DNA from: Vitrella brassicaformis CCMP3155
Lineage: Eukaryota > Protista > Chromerida
Reading direction: 5' to 3'
Assembly (NCBI GenBank): GCA_001179505.1
Contig: CDMY01000964.1
Span: 1 to 64,000, forward strand
Length of the DNA: 64,000 bases
Shown: positions 38,270-49,629 of the stretch, in pieces
How positions within the stretch are numbered: position 1 is the stretch's first letter
Layout of the letters: the number at the start of each line of letters is the position of its first letter
Made by a program: the position numbers and the translations under genes
Notes under the pieces: generated by a model
The model's input: only the letters and a program-made list of their open reading frames with translations
The model's database searches: none
What the model was told of the DNA's origin: nothing

Positions 38270-41090
38270 TTGCCGTGTGTCAGACCACGATGTGGTCAAA
38301 TTCAGGGTCAGGGCGGACACCAACCTCTACGAGCTGACGGCCGGCATGCTGCAGAGGTCCACCACACCACACCACACCCTGCACGACAGAAACCTTTGAT
38401 CTGCTTGATTCCTGTCCTGCAGGTTGGCGGCGGACACGCAACACGAAGATGACTACGACGGCCTTCTCGTGCGACCCAACGCCACACACACTGACACACT
38501 GACGCATCCACGCCTACGCCTAAACACAACTGTGTGTGGTGTGGTGTGGTGTGGTTTGGTGTGGACAGGTGTCGCGGTTCAAGGCCTACCACAGCGGCGA
38601 GACCGTCCAGCTGCAGTGCAAGTTCAGGTTCAAGGGCAGCAGACCGCCCGGCAAGCCACACATCGCTGACAACAAAGATCAAGATAAAGATAAAGACAAA
38701 GACAGAATCGCTCTCGAGGAGGATGGGTCGTTGGACATATTTGCCAAGTCGACCACGCCCGGCTGGTCAACCCAGTCATCGTCACAGAGCACAATGGCCG
38801 TCTGGGAAGGCGTCACAGGTACACACGCACACACACACACATCACACCATCCATGTGTGTGTCTCTCTCTCTGCGTGTGTGTGTGTGTAGGCACCGGGAG
38901 CCCCGACAACCCAGTGGTGGAGCTGAGCAAGCGCCGCAACGGTCTCACGGGCAACGACGTGGCCGCCATCAAATTCGGCATGCAGATCGGTGTGTATGTG
39001 TGTGTGTCACCAGACACACACACACGTACACCAAACACGGTGTGTGTGGATCTCTCCCTGTGTGAGTGGGTCTCTCTGTACTAGGCAATTTGGGATCTCG
39101 CGTGACGATTGCGGAGCCGTCGACAAGAGCGGGGACGGCGATACGGAGATACCACCCTGACGTACGCATCACTCCCTCCCTCCCTCCCTCTCTCTCTCTG
39201 TTTGACGCCTTGTCAGCGCGAGGCTTGTGCGTGCGTGTGTGCAGGGTGAGGCCACCCAGGGTCAGCCGAATCTCCGCCCCGAGGCCCTCCCGCCCCCACC
39301 AAGTGGTCCAGGCCAGCAGCAACAGGCCGACAGCAAGTGGAAGGTGAGTGGCCATCCATCTTTCTGCGCGCCCTCCTCAGAGAGAGAGAGAGAGAGATCA
39401 TCATCGTCTCAGTGTGTGTGTCTGACTGCGCTGTTTGTGTGAGTAGGTGAAGGAGAAGCTGGAGGGCATGGGGGTGCTGGTGCACCTGCCGGATGACGAG
39501 AAGGAGCAAATGTCATGGCAAGACCTGGGCGGATACGACGACGTCAAGCAGTACCTTACTTACGCACACACACACTCTGATGGATGGATGACCCACACAT
39601 ACATAAGATCCACACACACAGACACACGTGACGCGTGCGACTGTGGGCTGTGCTGTGCTGTGCTGTGTGTGTTGGTCGGTCATTCACTCAGGCGGATTGA
39701 GGAGTGCGTGTTGTTCAGCCTGACGCACCCAGACCTCTTCGCCCAGATCACCGAGGGCACCCGCGGGTCATCCACACGAACGACCGACACGGTCATCCAC
39801 ACACACCTCATCTCACCTCTCTGTGTGTTTCCGTTCTCTTGTGTGCACAGGAAGAAGGGCGAGTCGAATCGGCCCAAGGTCGTGCTGTTCGAGGGGCCGC
39901 CGGGCACCGGCAAGACATCGTCTGCACGCATCATCGCCCACCAGGCAAGACGTGTTACGTCGGTCTCTCTGGCTGGGCTGTCTCTACACAGACACACGAG
40001 AGATGAGATGGTGTGTGTGTGCACCGTGCTTCCCTGCCTGTTGACAGGTGCAAATCCCGCTGCTGTATTTGCCGCTGGAGAGTGTGGTGTCCAAGTGGTA
40101 CGGCGCCTCAGAGAAGAACCTCGCCACCGTCTTTGACATGTACGCGACGCCCTCACACACACACACACAGACACAGACACACACACACACACACAGAGAG
40201 AGAGACAATCAGGATCGCCTCTGTGTCGTCTGTGTGCGTGTGTGGTTTAGGGCCAAGACGCTCGCCTCGTCCGGCGGGTGCATCATCTTCGTAGACGAGA
40301 TCGATGCCCTGGCGTCGTCGCGAGACGACATGAAGCAGCACGAGGCCTCCAAGCGGATACTGAGTGTGCTGCTGCGCAAGCTGGACGGCTTCGACACGCT
40401 CAAGGACAAGACCATGCTCATCTGCGCCTCAAACAGGTCGGACACAGACACCTCCTTGTGTGAAGCGGAGCGGACATCTGTTCGTTCGTATGTTGTCGGT
40501 GTCTGGTGTGCATGTGCAGGAAGCAAGACCTCGATGACGCCTTTCTGAGCCGCGTTGACTCGTCCATCTACTTCCCTCTCCCTGATTCAGACGTCCTTTC
40601 CCCCTCTCCCTCCCCCTCCCCCTCCCCCTCGCTAACCCCACCACACGGCCGTGCTTGTGCGTGCGTGTGTGTGTGTGTGTGTGTGTGCAGGCCCGCGAGA
40701 AGATCTGTGAGAAGTACGCCCAGCACCTGACGGCCTGGGAGCTGAAGCGCCTCGCGAACGAGACCAAAGGCCTCTCTGGCAGAAACATCAAGGCAGGCCC
40801 ATTACCCCCCCGCCACCCCCACCCTCCCTCCAGCGGACAGACCTCCAGACCCCCTCTCTCTGTGTGTGTGGATCGTCCAACAGGATCTGTGTCAGGACGC
40901 AGAGCGACGCTGGGCGTCCAAGATCATCCGCGAACGCAAGCAGCAGCAGGACAGCCCGGCCAGTATAGAGGGTGGGGGAGGTCCTGCGTCGGACACCGCG
41001 ACGGCGAAGGTTACTTTGCCGCCTTTTGATTTCTACCTCGACTCGTGCCGAGCCAAGGTCAGGCAGCAGCGGGGCGGAGTAAATGGATGA
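37633..41090 (+). CDS. Single-domain AAA+ ATPase with organelle-targeting-like N-terminus
   Basis: Walker A GPPGTGKT, Walker B IIFVDEID, SRH ASNR..LDDAFLSR; N-terminal basic leader followed by a hydrophobic stretch; ends RQQRGGVNG*. Confidence 0.9.
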
Positions 41091-41705
41091 CAAAAATGGG
41101 ATGTGTGTGAGTGAGTGATGGGGGAGTTTTTGATTTTGTTGCATGTGTCCACATGTGCTGGTGGTGGTGGCTGTGGTGGTGGTGAGGGTGAGGGTGGCCG
41201 AGACCCCTGAACAGATCAGATACACCAGCAGCTCGACTCGACCGCCTCCATGCGCCATCGACAGCAGCATGCGCTATCCAGTCGTGCTTTGCTGAACGCG
41301 ATTCGCTCTACTTACTGGGTTTTTTGAATGACCGGGCTGGCCTGGATGGATTGTGTATAGGTACCGCTGTGGTGTGGTGTGTTGGTGTCCGGGGAACTAG
41401 CTGGGATGGAGCCAGCCGTGTGCGGACTGGACGGACCTCTTCTGCCCGTGACAGCTCGTGTGGTGACTTGAGACGCGTCTGATCTGTCTCGGCTATTCTT
41501 GCTCATTCATTCAATTCACTCATTGCTCACTCTATCGGTCCGGTCGGTCGAGTCAAGCACTTATATATAACATGTAGTCACGATCGAGTGGACACGACAG
41601 TCAGTCAACAAAGCAAGTCGTCCCATCCATCCATCCACATCAGAGGAACGAACGGTGAGAGAGAGAGAGAGTCGACCCTCGAGCATTGGACGGGTCTGAT
41701 CCACC
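41059..41705 (-). CDS. Candidate 3' part of a micro-exon gene with a His-rich C-terminal exon
   Basis: GT-AG exons 41705-41677, 41492-41437, 41341-41316, 41206- join in frame: VDQTRPMLEAETDQTRLKSPHELSRAEEASPVIQKTQGLGHPHPHHHHSHHHQH; upstream exons unresolved. Confidence 0.35.
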
Positions 41706-42914
41706 CTGGCCAGGAAGGACATAAAACCAGACAGCCAGACAGACAGACGAGGCAGCGAGAGCTAGCGAGAGCTGGCGAGACTGGAGACGGGCAGCAGTTG
41801 TGTGAGTCTTGTCTGTCTGTCAGCCGCCCGACGCTCACTCACTGTGAGGGGAAGGCATCGGGCTTGCGACAGCCAGCCGCCACACACCACTTCACACAGC
41901 AACGAAGCAACCGACCCGCACATCGACACGACACACAGAAATGGCTGCGGTGAACAGCCAGCAACCCACCTGATGATGGATCTTAGCGATAGGTAGACAG
42001 ACAGACAGACAGACAGAGGGACGGAGGGAGGCCACTCAGACAAAACGAGACAAAACGCGCTCGCCCGCGGCCTTCGTTGGAAGGCCGGCAGGCAAGCGCA
42101 TCCATCCATCCCATCAATCAACACCTCCCCCCACCAGACAGACAGACAGACAGATAGATCGAGGGAGCGGCAAATGAATGACAAACAGCGGGCCCCGGCT
42201 TTAGACATGACACGTACGCCAGGCCACGTTAAAAGTAACGCCACCCCACCGCGCACATAGGTATGTATGTGCGGATCAATCACATCAACGCAGAGAGTCA
42301 GGGAGGGAGGGAGGGAAGGAGACGAGACGAGGGGCGGCATGGCACACCCATGAACTCACTCATACTCACGTACTCATGCGCATGACATGGAGCACACGAC
42401 ACACATGACATCATACCACATCACATCACACAGCATGACACGGCACTTCGGCCGTGAGCGAGAGCGAGCGACCACGACACACAAAACTCATAGACCCATC
42501 CCATCGATCCCATCCATCCAGGCAGCTCACACCCCACGACCGCAGTCACACCACACCACACAGGGAGCGAGCGACCGAGCGAGTATCGTCCTCCACAAAA
42601 AAGTCCGGGAGGCCGCGAATGAACCGGACGGAAGGAAACGAAAACAAACGCATTACCCACAGTCACGACCACTCCCTCCATGACGCTCTGAGCAGTCTTG
42701 TCGCCGCCCTGGTAAGGGACTGTTCCATGTGTTCTGGACACACATGAAACGGGACCTCAACAAAGCCCTCAAGACTACTCAGAGCGCGCCACCAGCAAGG
42801 TAATCACCCAGCCAGCAGGAAGGCACGTACACAGCTACAGCTACATAAGGTACATCACTACCCCACTTGGCTCTCCCCCGACCGTTTTGCTGTGATCACA
42901 GCCCACAGCACAGC

Positions 42915-44337
42915 TCAGAACTGGCAGGCTGGGCCACTGCAAGAGCGGAACTGGCCCTGCCCGAAGAACCGAGACCGTCCGAGCGACACAATCCCATCTG
43001 ACGAACACACACAAACACACACAAACACACACAACACACGAGACCACCACATAATCAACGAGTCTCACGAGACACACCACACCAGGCCAGGCCTCCCACC
43101 CACCCGCCACTCACCGGAGCCATAGATTCTCCCACTGTTGAAGTTGACGTTGCTCCCAATCCCGCGCGGGCCCGTGTTGTACGCTGGCCCGACGATGGAG
43201 CTTCTCGCCTGCAGCTGGCGGCGGCGTGTAGAGTCCTCTTCGTCACGAGGGTCGTCGCCGTTCTTGATCTCGGCCACGGCGCAGTACCCCTTGGGGGCGT
43301 CGATGCCCTCGGCCTCGGCGCCACAGCCGCTCTCCGGCTCAGGGCGGAAAAGGAGGGCGCGCTCGCTGTCCACATCAAGATAATCACCGCCGAAAAAGTC
43401 GATCTTGACTGCATTGACGACACAGGCAGAGAGAGAGAGAGGGAATATGTTCATGTGTGTCTGGAGGAGCATGACGTGTGAGGGTGTGTGGTGCGCTTGC
43501 CTGAGTCCTTTGCCTTGTTCTTGGTGATCTGCTCGACCTTGTAGTATCTCTCCATCACCTCGCCGTTGCTCGCCATCAGGTCGTCAATGTACAGGCCGTC
43601 CAGCTGCACCATATCAAGACACACATACACACACACACACACACACACATATGAATGCTCTCACCACCCTCCCAGCACCAATCAGCACTGACCTTTTCAA
43701 AATCGGCGAGCGGCTGTGAGGCAAAGTCGAATGGGCTGGCAACGTCGGTCTTGCTCTTGGTGCGGACGACATTCTTGGCTCCGTGGGTGCCCAGCAGGTT
43801 GCCGCTTGCGTCAGGCTTGCTGTCCTTGGACAGCTCCACCGCGCCCACAACCACGGCCAAAATCAGTGCGATGGTCGCGACTGCACACGCACACACACAC
43901 GCGCACACAGACGGACACGTGTGTAGGTAGGTGGGTGGCCGGGTGGGTGGCAGTGGTGCTCGCTTACCGTAGACGGCGGCCACGATGAAAACCACCCATG
44001 TGAGCGCCTTGGAGGTCTTGCGCTCGGCCATCATCTGGCGGGCGGCCGACATCACCTCCTGCACGCTGCACCCACGCACAGACAGAGAGACACCACGACA
44101 TGAGACAGACCCCTCATCCCTCTGTGTCTGTGTGTGCGCTCTTACGAGAACATGCCGTCGCCGTCAGTGTCCCATGAGCGGAGGAGGGCGACTATGCGCT
44201 CAGGCTCGTCACCATACGCAGCGGCCTTCTCGAAGTCCATTGTGCGGCTGCAACCACACATACCCAGAGAGAGGTGAGTGTGCGACGTGTGGGGTGTGCG
44301 CCGTGCGTGGGTACCTGTTCTTGGGCTCGCCTGCCAT
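42915..44337 (-). CDS. Uncharacterised type II membrane protein with one cytosolic EF-hand
   Basis: EF loop DTDGDGMFSVQE; ~28-aa hydrophobic helix ALTWVVFIVAAVYVATIALILAVVVGAV; luminal region; ends SCSGPACQF*; frames consistent over 7 exons. Confidence 0.75.
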
Positions 44338-44529
44338 GGCTGTAATCTTGCTGCTGTCGCTTGTGAGTGAGGGAGTGCTGCTTGACTTGAGGAAGATGCG
44401 ATGATAGATCTGCGTGAATGCGATGTGGGGAGAGGCTTGGTTTGGTTGGTGTGGTGCGATAGATGGATGAGCACTGCCGCAGTCCTCCCTAGCGAGGTTG
44501 AACGCCCGAAGGCCCTTGAAGGACTTCTC

Positions 44530-44569
44530 AAACCCAAACCCTGTAAACCGAACCCTGCAGTTTGGGTTT
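44530..44569. promoter_or_regulatory. Degenerate telomere-like inverted repeat upstream of the EF-hand membrane gene
   Basis: AAACCCAAAC (44530-44539) and GTTTGGGTTT (44560-44569) are exact reverse complements; the spacer carries aaaccg/aaccct variants. Confidence 0.35.
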
Positions 44570-44753
44570 CTCGGAAGTCGTCTGTCCATCCCCTTCCCTC
44601 TTTCAGTCCAAGTTCGTCCATGCATCACGTAACAATATATCATCCGGTGGAAACCACGCCAGCCATTTGTAACCACACTGCACGCGTCACTGTATGTGCC
44701 AGGTCAGGACCGTGGACGGACACCCGTGTCGCATGCGCGAGACGACCACTCTC

Positions 44754-47260
44754 TCATCGGCGCCTATCTACCTCCCCTGGAACAAACAGACACCACACAA
44801 GGCATCCACAACACCGACAAGAGAAACACATCTGCCATCGTCTGCCGTGCCGCGCACCAGTTGGCTTCCTTACGTGATCTAGATCGTGACCTGGAGGGTG
44901 ACCGTGAGTACCGGCTCCTCTCACGGCGATCTGAACACACACACACACACCAATCCACACACACAGACACACATCGATCCACACTGGTCAGGCCGCCTCT
45001 CTCTCCATAGCTACCCACCTCGTTCAGGTGCCCTCCTGTCCCTGTTGTCTCTGATGTCGCGGTCTCCTCGCCTGTCCCTGTCCCTGTCCCCCTCACGGCT
45101 GTCCGGACGTCGCCTCCTGTCGTCCCTCCCCCTCTCCCTATCCCTCTCGCGACTGTCAGACCGAGAACTGCACACATACATACCCACCCATGCATCCATC
45201 CATCCATCAAACAAACAGACAGACAGACGCTGTGCACGCCCTTCGTGTGTGTGGGTGTGCGCATACCGGTCCCGTCCTCGCCTTTCCCTGTCCCTGTCCC
45301 TGTCCCTGCCGCCGCCATTCCTGTCGTCATTGCGGTCACGGTCTCGCGGAGGTGCGTCGCGGTCACGGTCACGCCGCTCTGCAGCCAGGCAGGAAGACAG
45401 CACACACATCAGTAGGGAGAGACGTGTGTGCTGCTGCAGAGTGTGATGTAAGATCGTCCAGTAGGTGGCGTACGTTTGAGTCTGTCTGGCGGGGGCGGGA
45501 AGGCAGATCGCACGGGGCTCGAGTCGTCATCGCCTGACAGACAGGGGGACACGAATGACACACAGACAGACACACATACGGTGAGTGGTGGACGGATGTC
45601 GGTGTGGGTCAGGTCAGTCAGTGTGTGGTGTGGTGTGGTTGGCTTACCTCCCCCCTTCCGCCTGTCGGGTGCCGCTGGGAATGGCGTGCGCTGAGGCCCG
45701 CCCTCACGGCTGTCACCTGCACAACACAACACACGCACACACCGGAGGAGTGAAAAAGGTCGATCACCGCCTCGCCCACTGTGTGTCTAGACTGACCTCT
45801 GTCTTCATCCCGTTCAGCCCGCCGCTTGCTGTCGTACCCCCTCTCCCTCTCTCTCTCGCCGCCGCCGCCGCCGCCGCCGCCGCCCATGGCCATCATTGCT
45901 CCTCCTCCATATGCGTTGGATTTCTTGGCCTTTTTCTTCTTCCTGCGGCCGAACTCATCGTACTCGTCGTCGGACTGGTGCTCGTTGCGGTCGGCACTGA
46001 TGCGCACACGCCACAGACAGAGGCAGGAGGATGGCGGTCGATGTGATGTGGTGCCCGCGTGGAGGTGTGGTGCTTGCTTACGGGTCCTGCAGGTCGAAAT
46101 GGCCACCTCCCCGGCCTGTGCGAGGCTCCTGGCAGCACACACGACAAGACGCACACACAGATGGGTTGGCATGACATGACATGAGCTGCACTTCTGTCCT
46201 CTGCGCATGTGGGCATACGTCGTTGAGCCCCGGCTTGGGCGCATTGCAAATGTTGCAAGCGTCACGACGGGCCCAGTTGACATTCCCGCATCTGACATGA
46301 AGCAAATTAACATCATGAAACAAGGACTTAGGCAGTGTTTGTGTGTGCCCTCTTCTGGCTGACCCTGGGCAGGGCCAGTCGCCCTTCTTGAAGAGACCAG
46401 GAGGACCGCCTGCACACACACACACACCAGACACAAGGAGAGATGAATCGGCCAATGTCTGCTGAGAGGCGGTGTGTGTCAGTCAGTGTCTTTCACGCAC
46501 GCACCCCAGTTGGGAATGTCCTGGAGGGGATCACCAGCTGCAACAAAGACACAGGCACGACGACACGTACGTCACCAGCCCGATCAGCAGAGTGCGGCTG
46601 TGCCGTCTGGCTATTCAGTCAGTTCAGCGCACTTTTGGGTTTGTTCGCGCCGCACTTGTTGCACTTGGTGCGCTTGGCGAAATTGATGTTGCCACACCTG
46701 CATCAGTCGAACACGATGCATGCAGGCCGCAAAGGCACATCCTCCTCAGTTCCCGTGTGCGGAATCTCTCTCTCTCCTTCTCCTCACGTTGGTTCGGGGC
46801 ACTCCCAGTCGCCTTCCTTCATCTGGCGCGCTGTGCGCAGCACACACACAACCATCGATCGTCACCTGTGCGTGTCTCGTCTCGTCCGCTGCATCCTCCT
46901 TACGACGCTTGGCTCGAAAAGCCCCTCCACCAGCACCTGCTGCACCCGCGGCGCCGGGAGCCGCGGGAACCGCACCGCCTGATCAACACACATACACATA
47001 CACATCGGACAGATGATTCCGCATATATTCGCATCACCCTACTGATCTCACAATGCACCTGCGTCTGGCGGAGGGAAGGCGCCGGGGACTCCCGGCATCG
47101 CGACTGCGCCGGGGATAATGGGCGGGATGGGTGGGACGAGGGGATGGCTCTCGGGTGATGCCACGCCCACCGCTGCTGCCGCTGCTGCGTCGGGTGGCGG
47201 GACACCAGGTCCAGGTGCTCCAGCAGGCCACCCGTTGCCGGCGAACATCGACGGGTCCAT
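44754..47260 (-). CDS. ZRANB2: ZRANB2-like splicing factor (two RanBP2-type zinc fingers plus RS/RD tail)
   Basis: [26 protein letters not shown] and KKGDWPCPGCGNVNWARRDACNIC; EPRTGRGGG; SDDEYDEFGRRKKK; RS-rich end. Confidence 0.88.
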
Positions 47261-47285
47261 CTTCAAAGATCCACAGGCGACAGTG

Positions 47286-48069
47286 ATGTCATCTGCTGCT
47301 CCGTCCCAGACACGACCTGTCGAGCACCTTGCCCCAAGCTCGCAGAGAAGAGCTTTCAAGCTCGCAAGTGCAGGGATCAGTGCCTTTCGCAAGGAAGCAG
47401 TGCATGCGTGTGAACAGCCATCGAAGCGGCGGCGTTTTGTATGTGCAACTTGCAAGGAAGGTGAGCCCAGAGAAGAAATGACTGTGCATGAATCTTCAGA
47501 CGCTGGTCACTGCACTGCAATGAGCGTCGATGTGCGTGTGCTTTCCAATCTAGTTCCAATCGATGCATGCAGGCAGCAACGCTCCTCGAATGTCTATCGT
47601 GAAGCCTCCCTCGGCAGCCATGTGTTGATCGAAGCCCCATCGAAGCCTCTTTTGCGCGGCACACTGCAGGATGCCGGCCCGTGGCGAACGGCGGCCGCTG
47701 CTCGGGCCCTCAAGGACAACACACAAGGCCCTCACCACCACACTCGACATCACGTGCGCAAACCGCACACAGAGACGGCAGCATTGCATGCAGATTTCAC
47801 CGCCCTGGATGTGTGTGTTCCTCTCTGTTGCAGTCTGCGTCACCGGTTTCTGCTGAAGTTGTTTGGGGTGTGGGCAGGGCAGAAGATTGTCGTGGCCGTT
47901 CTGGCTGCGTTCCGTAGCCATGCCCGCTTCTTCAACACCTACCTACACACACAAGGCGGGGGGAAATTCGTTCTCATTTCGCTGCCATACATCGCCCTGC
48001 TTATTTTGTTGTTTATCTGTAAGCACCGAGGGAAACTGGAAGGCCCTGATGCGTGTATGTGTGGACAGG

Positions 48070-48104
<35 letters not shown>

Positions 48105-48749
48105 AGACACAACAGTTCCCCGTCGGATGCCGCTTGTTGCGCTTGCCGTGGTTGCCCTCTCGGCTGCGGAGACATTGGTGGTTGCGTGTGCCCTGGTGCT
48201 GGTGCCGGCAGCCTCTCTCCTGCACCAGTACCTGTCAACTATGGTGTCCCTCAGCCTGTTCATCTACCAGCTGCAGAAAGCCCTTGACTTCGTCAGTGGT
48301 CGGTCAGCGAGCAACTACACGCGGCATATTCACACGTGTGTCTCATCATTCTGCATCCTATGTTCTATGCAGTGTTTCCATACATAGTTAGTGGCGTGAC
48401 TGTGGTGTTCTCTGCTCCCCTCTCGTACCCGCTGCTGCCCGTCCTGGCGCAGCCCGCCGGCAGTTACACGATGCGGCCCCTGGGGCTGCTACTCATATCG
48501 CTTTACATAGTGGCGGTCTATGCCTACGTCGTATACACCGCAAAGCTGCTCGTGCTGAGGGTGGGTGCAAGGCTGGCTGGGTGTCCCCAGGCCATCCTGT
48601 GTCTCATGCGTGTCGTGGCATGGCGTGCGTGTCTGCAGCTGCACCCCTTTTTCGAGCTGACGACAGGCGACTCCTTCTTCGCTTTCCTAGCCCTCTATAC
48701 GGACACATCATTCTCTCTGGTTCTTCTGCCCATCGTCCCTTCGTCCTGA
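47286..48749 (+). CDS. Divergent Bax-inhibitor-1/TMBIM family multi-pass membrane protein
   Basis: LRHRFLLKLFGVWAGQ (cf. R..F..KV...L..Q), 6-7 hydrophobic helices, C-terminal DSFFAFLALYTD (cf. D.Y..A...LY.D); start uncertain. Confidence 0.5.
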
Positions 48750-49629
48750 CAAGAAAGGCGCTCCCGGTCAGCCACAAACACCGCGTTCCGCTTCCTTGTG
48801 CGCACACGGAGGTTTAAGGACTTGACGAGCGTGCGGCGGGTCCATCGAACACCGCACAGCAGACAGCGGGAGTCCGGCCAGAGACGGCGAGAGTCCAGAA
48901 GGGCGAGAAGGGCACCACGCGACGGCAGAGAGGTCTCGCTGCGGGTGGAGGATACAGATGAGGGAGGAGAGCTCAGAGCGATGCAGCAGAAGACAGAAGA
49001 ACACCGCAGGGCAGCGTCTCGGGTAGGGCGCCGAAGAAGGTGCGACGCGATCGGGGGCCCAAGACACGCAAGCACAGCGCAACCGGCTCAGAGCCGGTAC
49101 AATCGCGGGAGAGACAGAGGCAAGGAGGGGATGGCGGGGACGAGTGGGAGGATGCGTGAGTGGGGTGTGTGAGTGAGTTATGGAAGCGTCCGTGACATGA
49201 GATGCGACAGTCTGCATCCATGCATGTACACAAGCAAGGCAGCCACAGAGAGCCATTCAGGGGTGCATAAAGCCTGCCTGCCTGGCTGGCTGGACTCGCA
49301 TTCAAATGAAGCCGTCGACGTCAGTTGTTCCTTCGTGCAACTGCCTGGCCTTGCCTTGTCTTACGTTCGGAATTCGACAAATATCGGTGCCTCCCTGGCT
49401 GGCTGGCTTGCTGGCTGGCTGGCCAAAAGAGGACGCATTATATACAGCCAGTGATTCATACGGCTGCCACGCCACGCCACGCCATGCCATGCCATGCCAT
49501 GCCATGTGATCGAGGGCAAAAGGCACACAGAGTGTTTCTGCATGCACGTCTGCACGCATAGCACCTGATCCCTAACGCACTTGAGTCTATCTACACACAG
49601 ACACACACACTTCGGGACAGATCTAATAC

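Noticed and set aside
48798-49172. Arg-rich plus-strand ORF after the TMBIM gene
   Set aside because: No motif, no supporting exon structure; probably UTR between convergent genes
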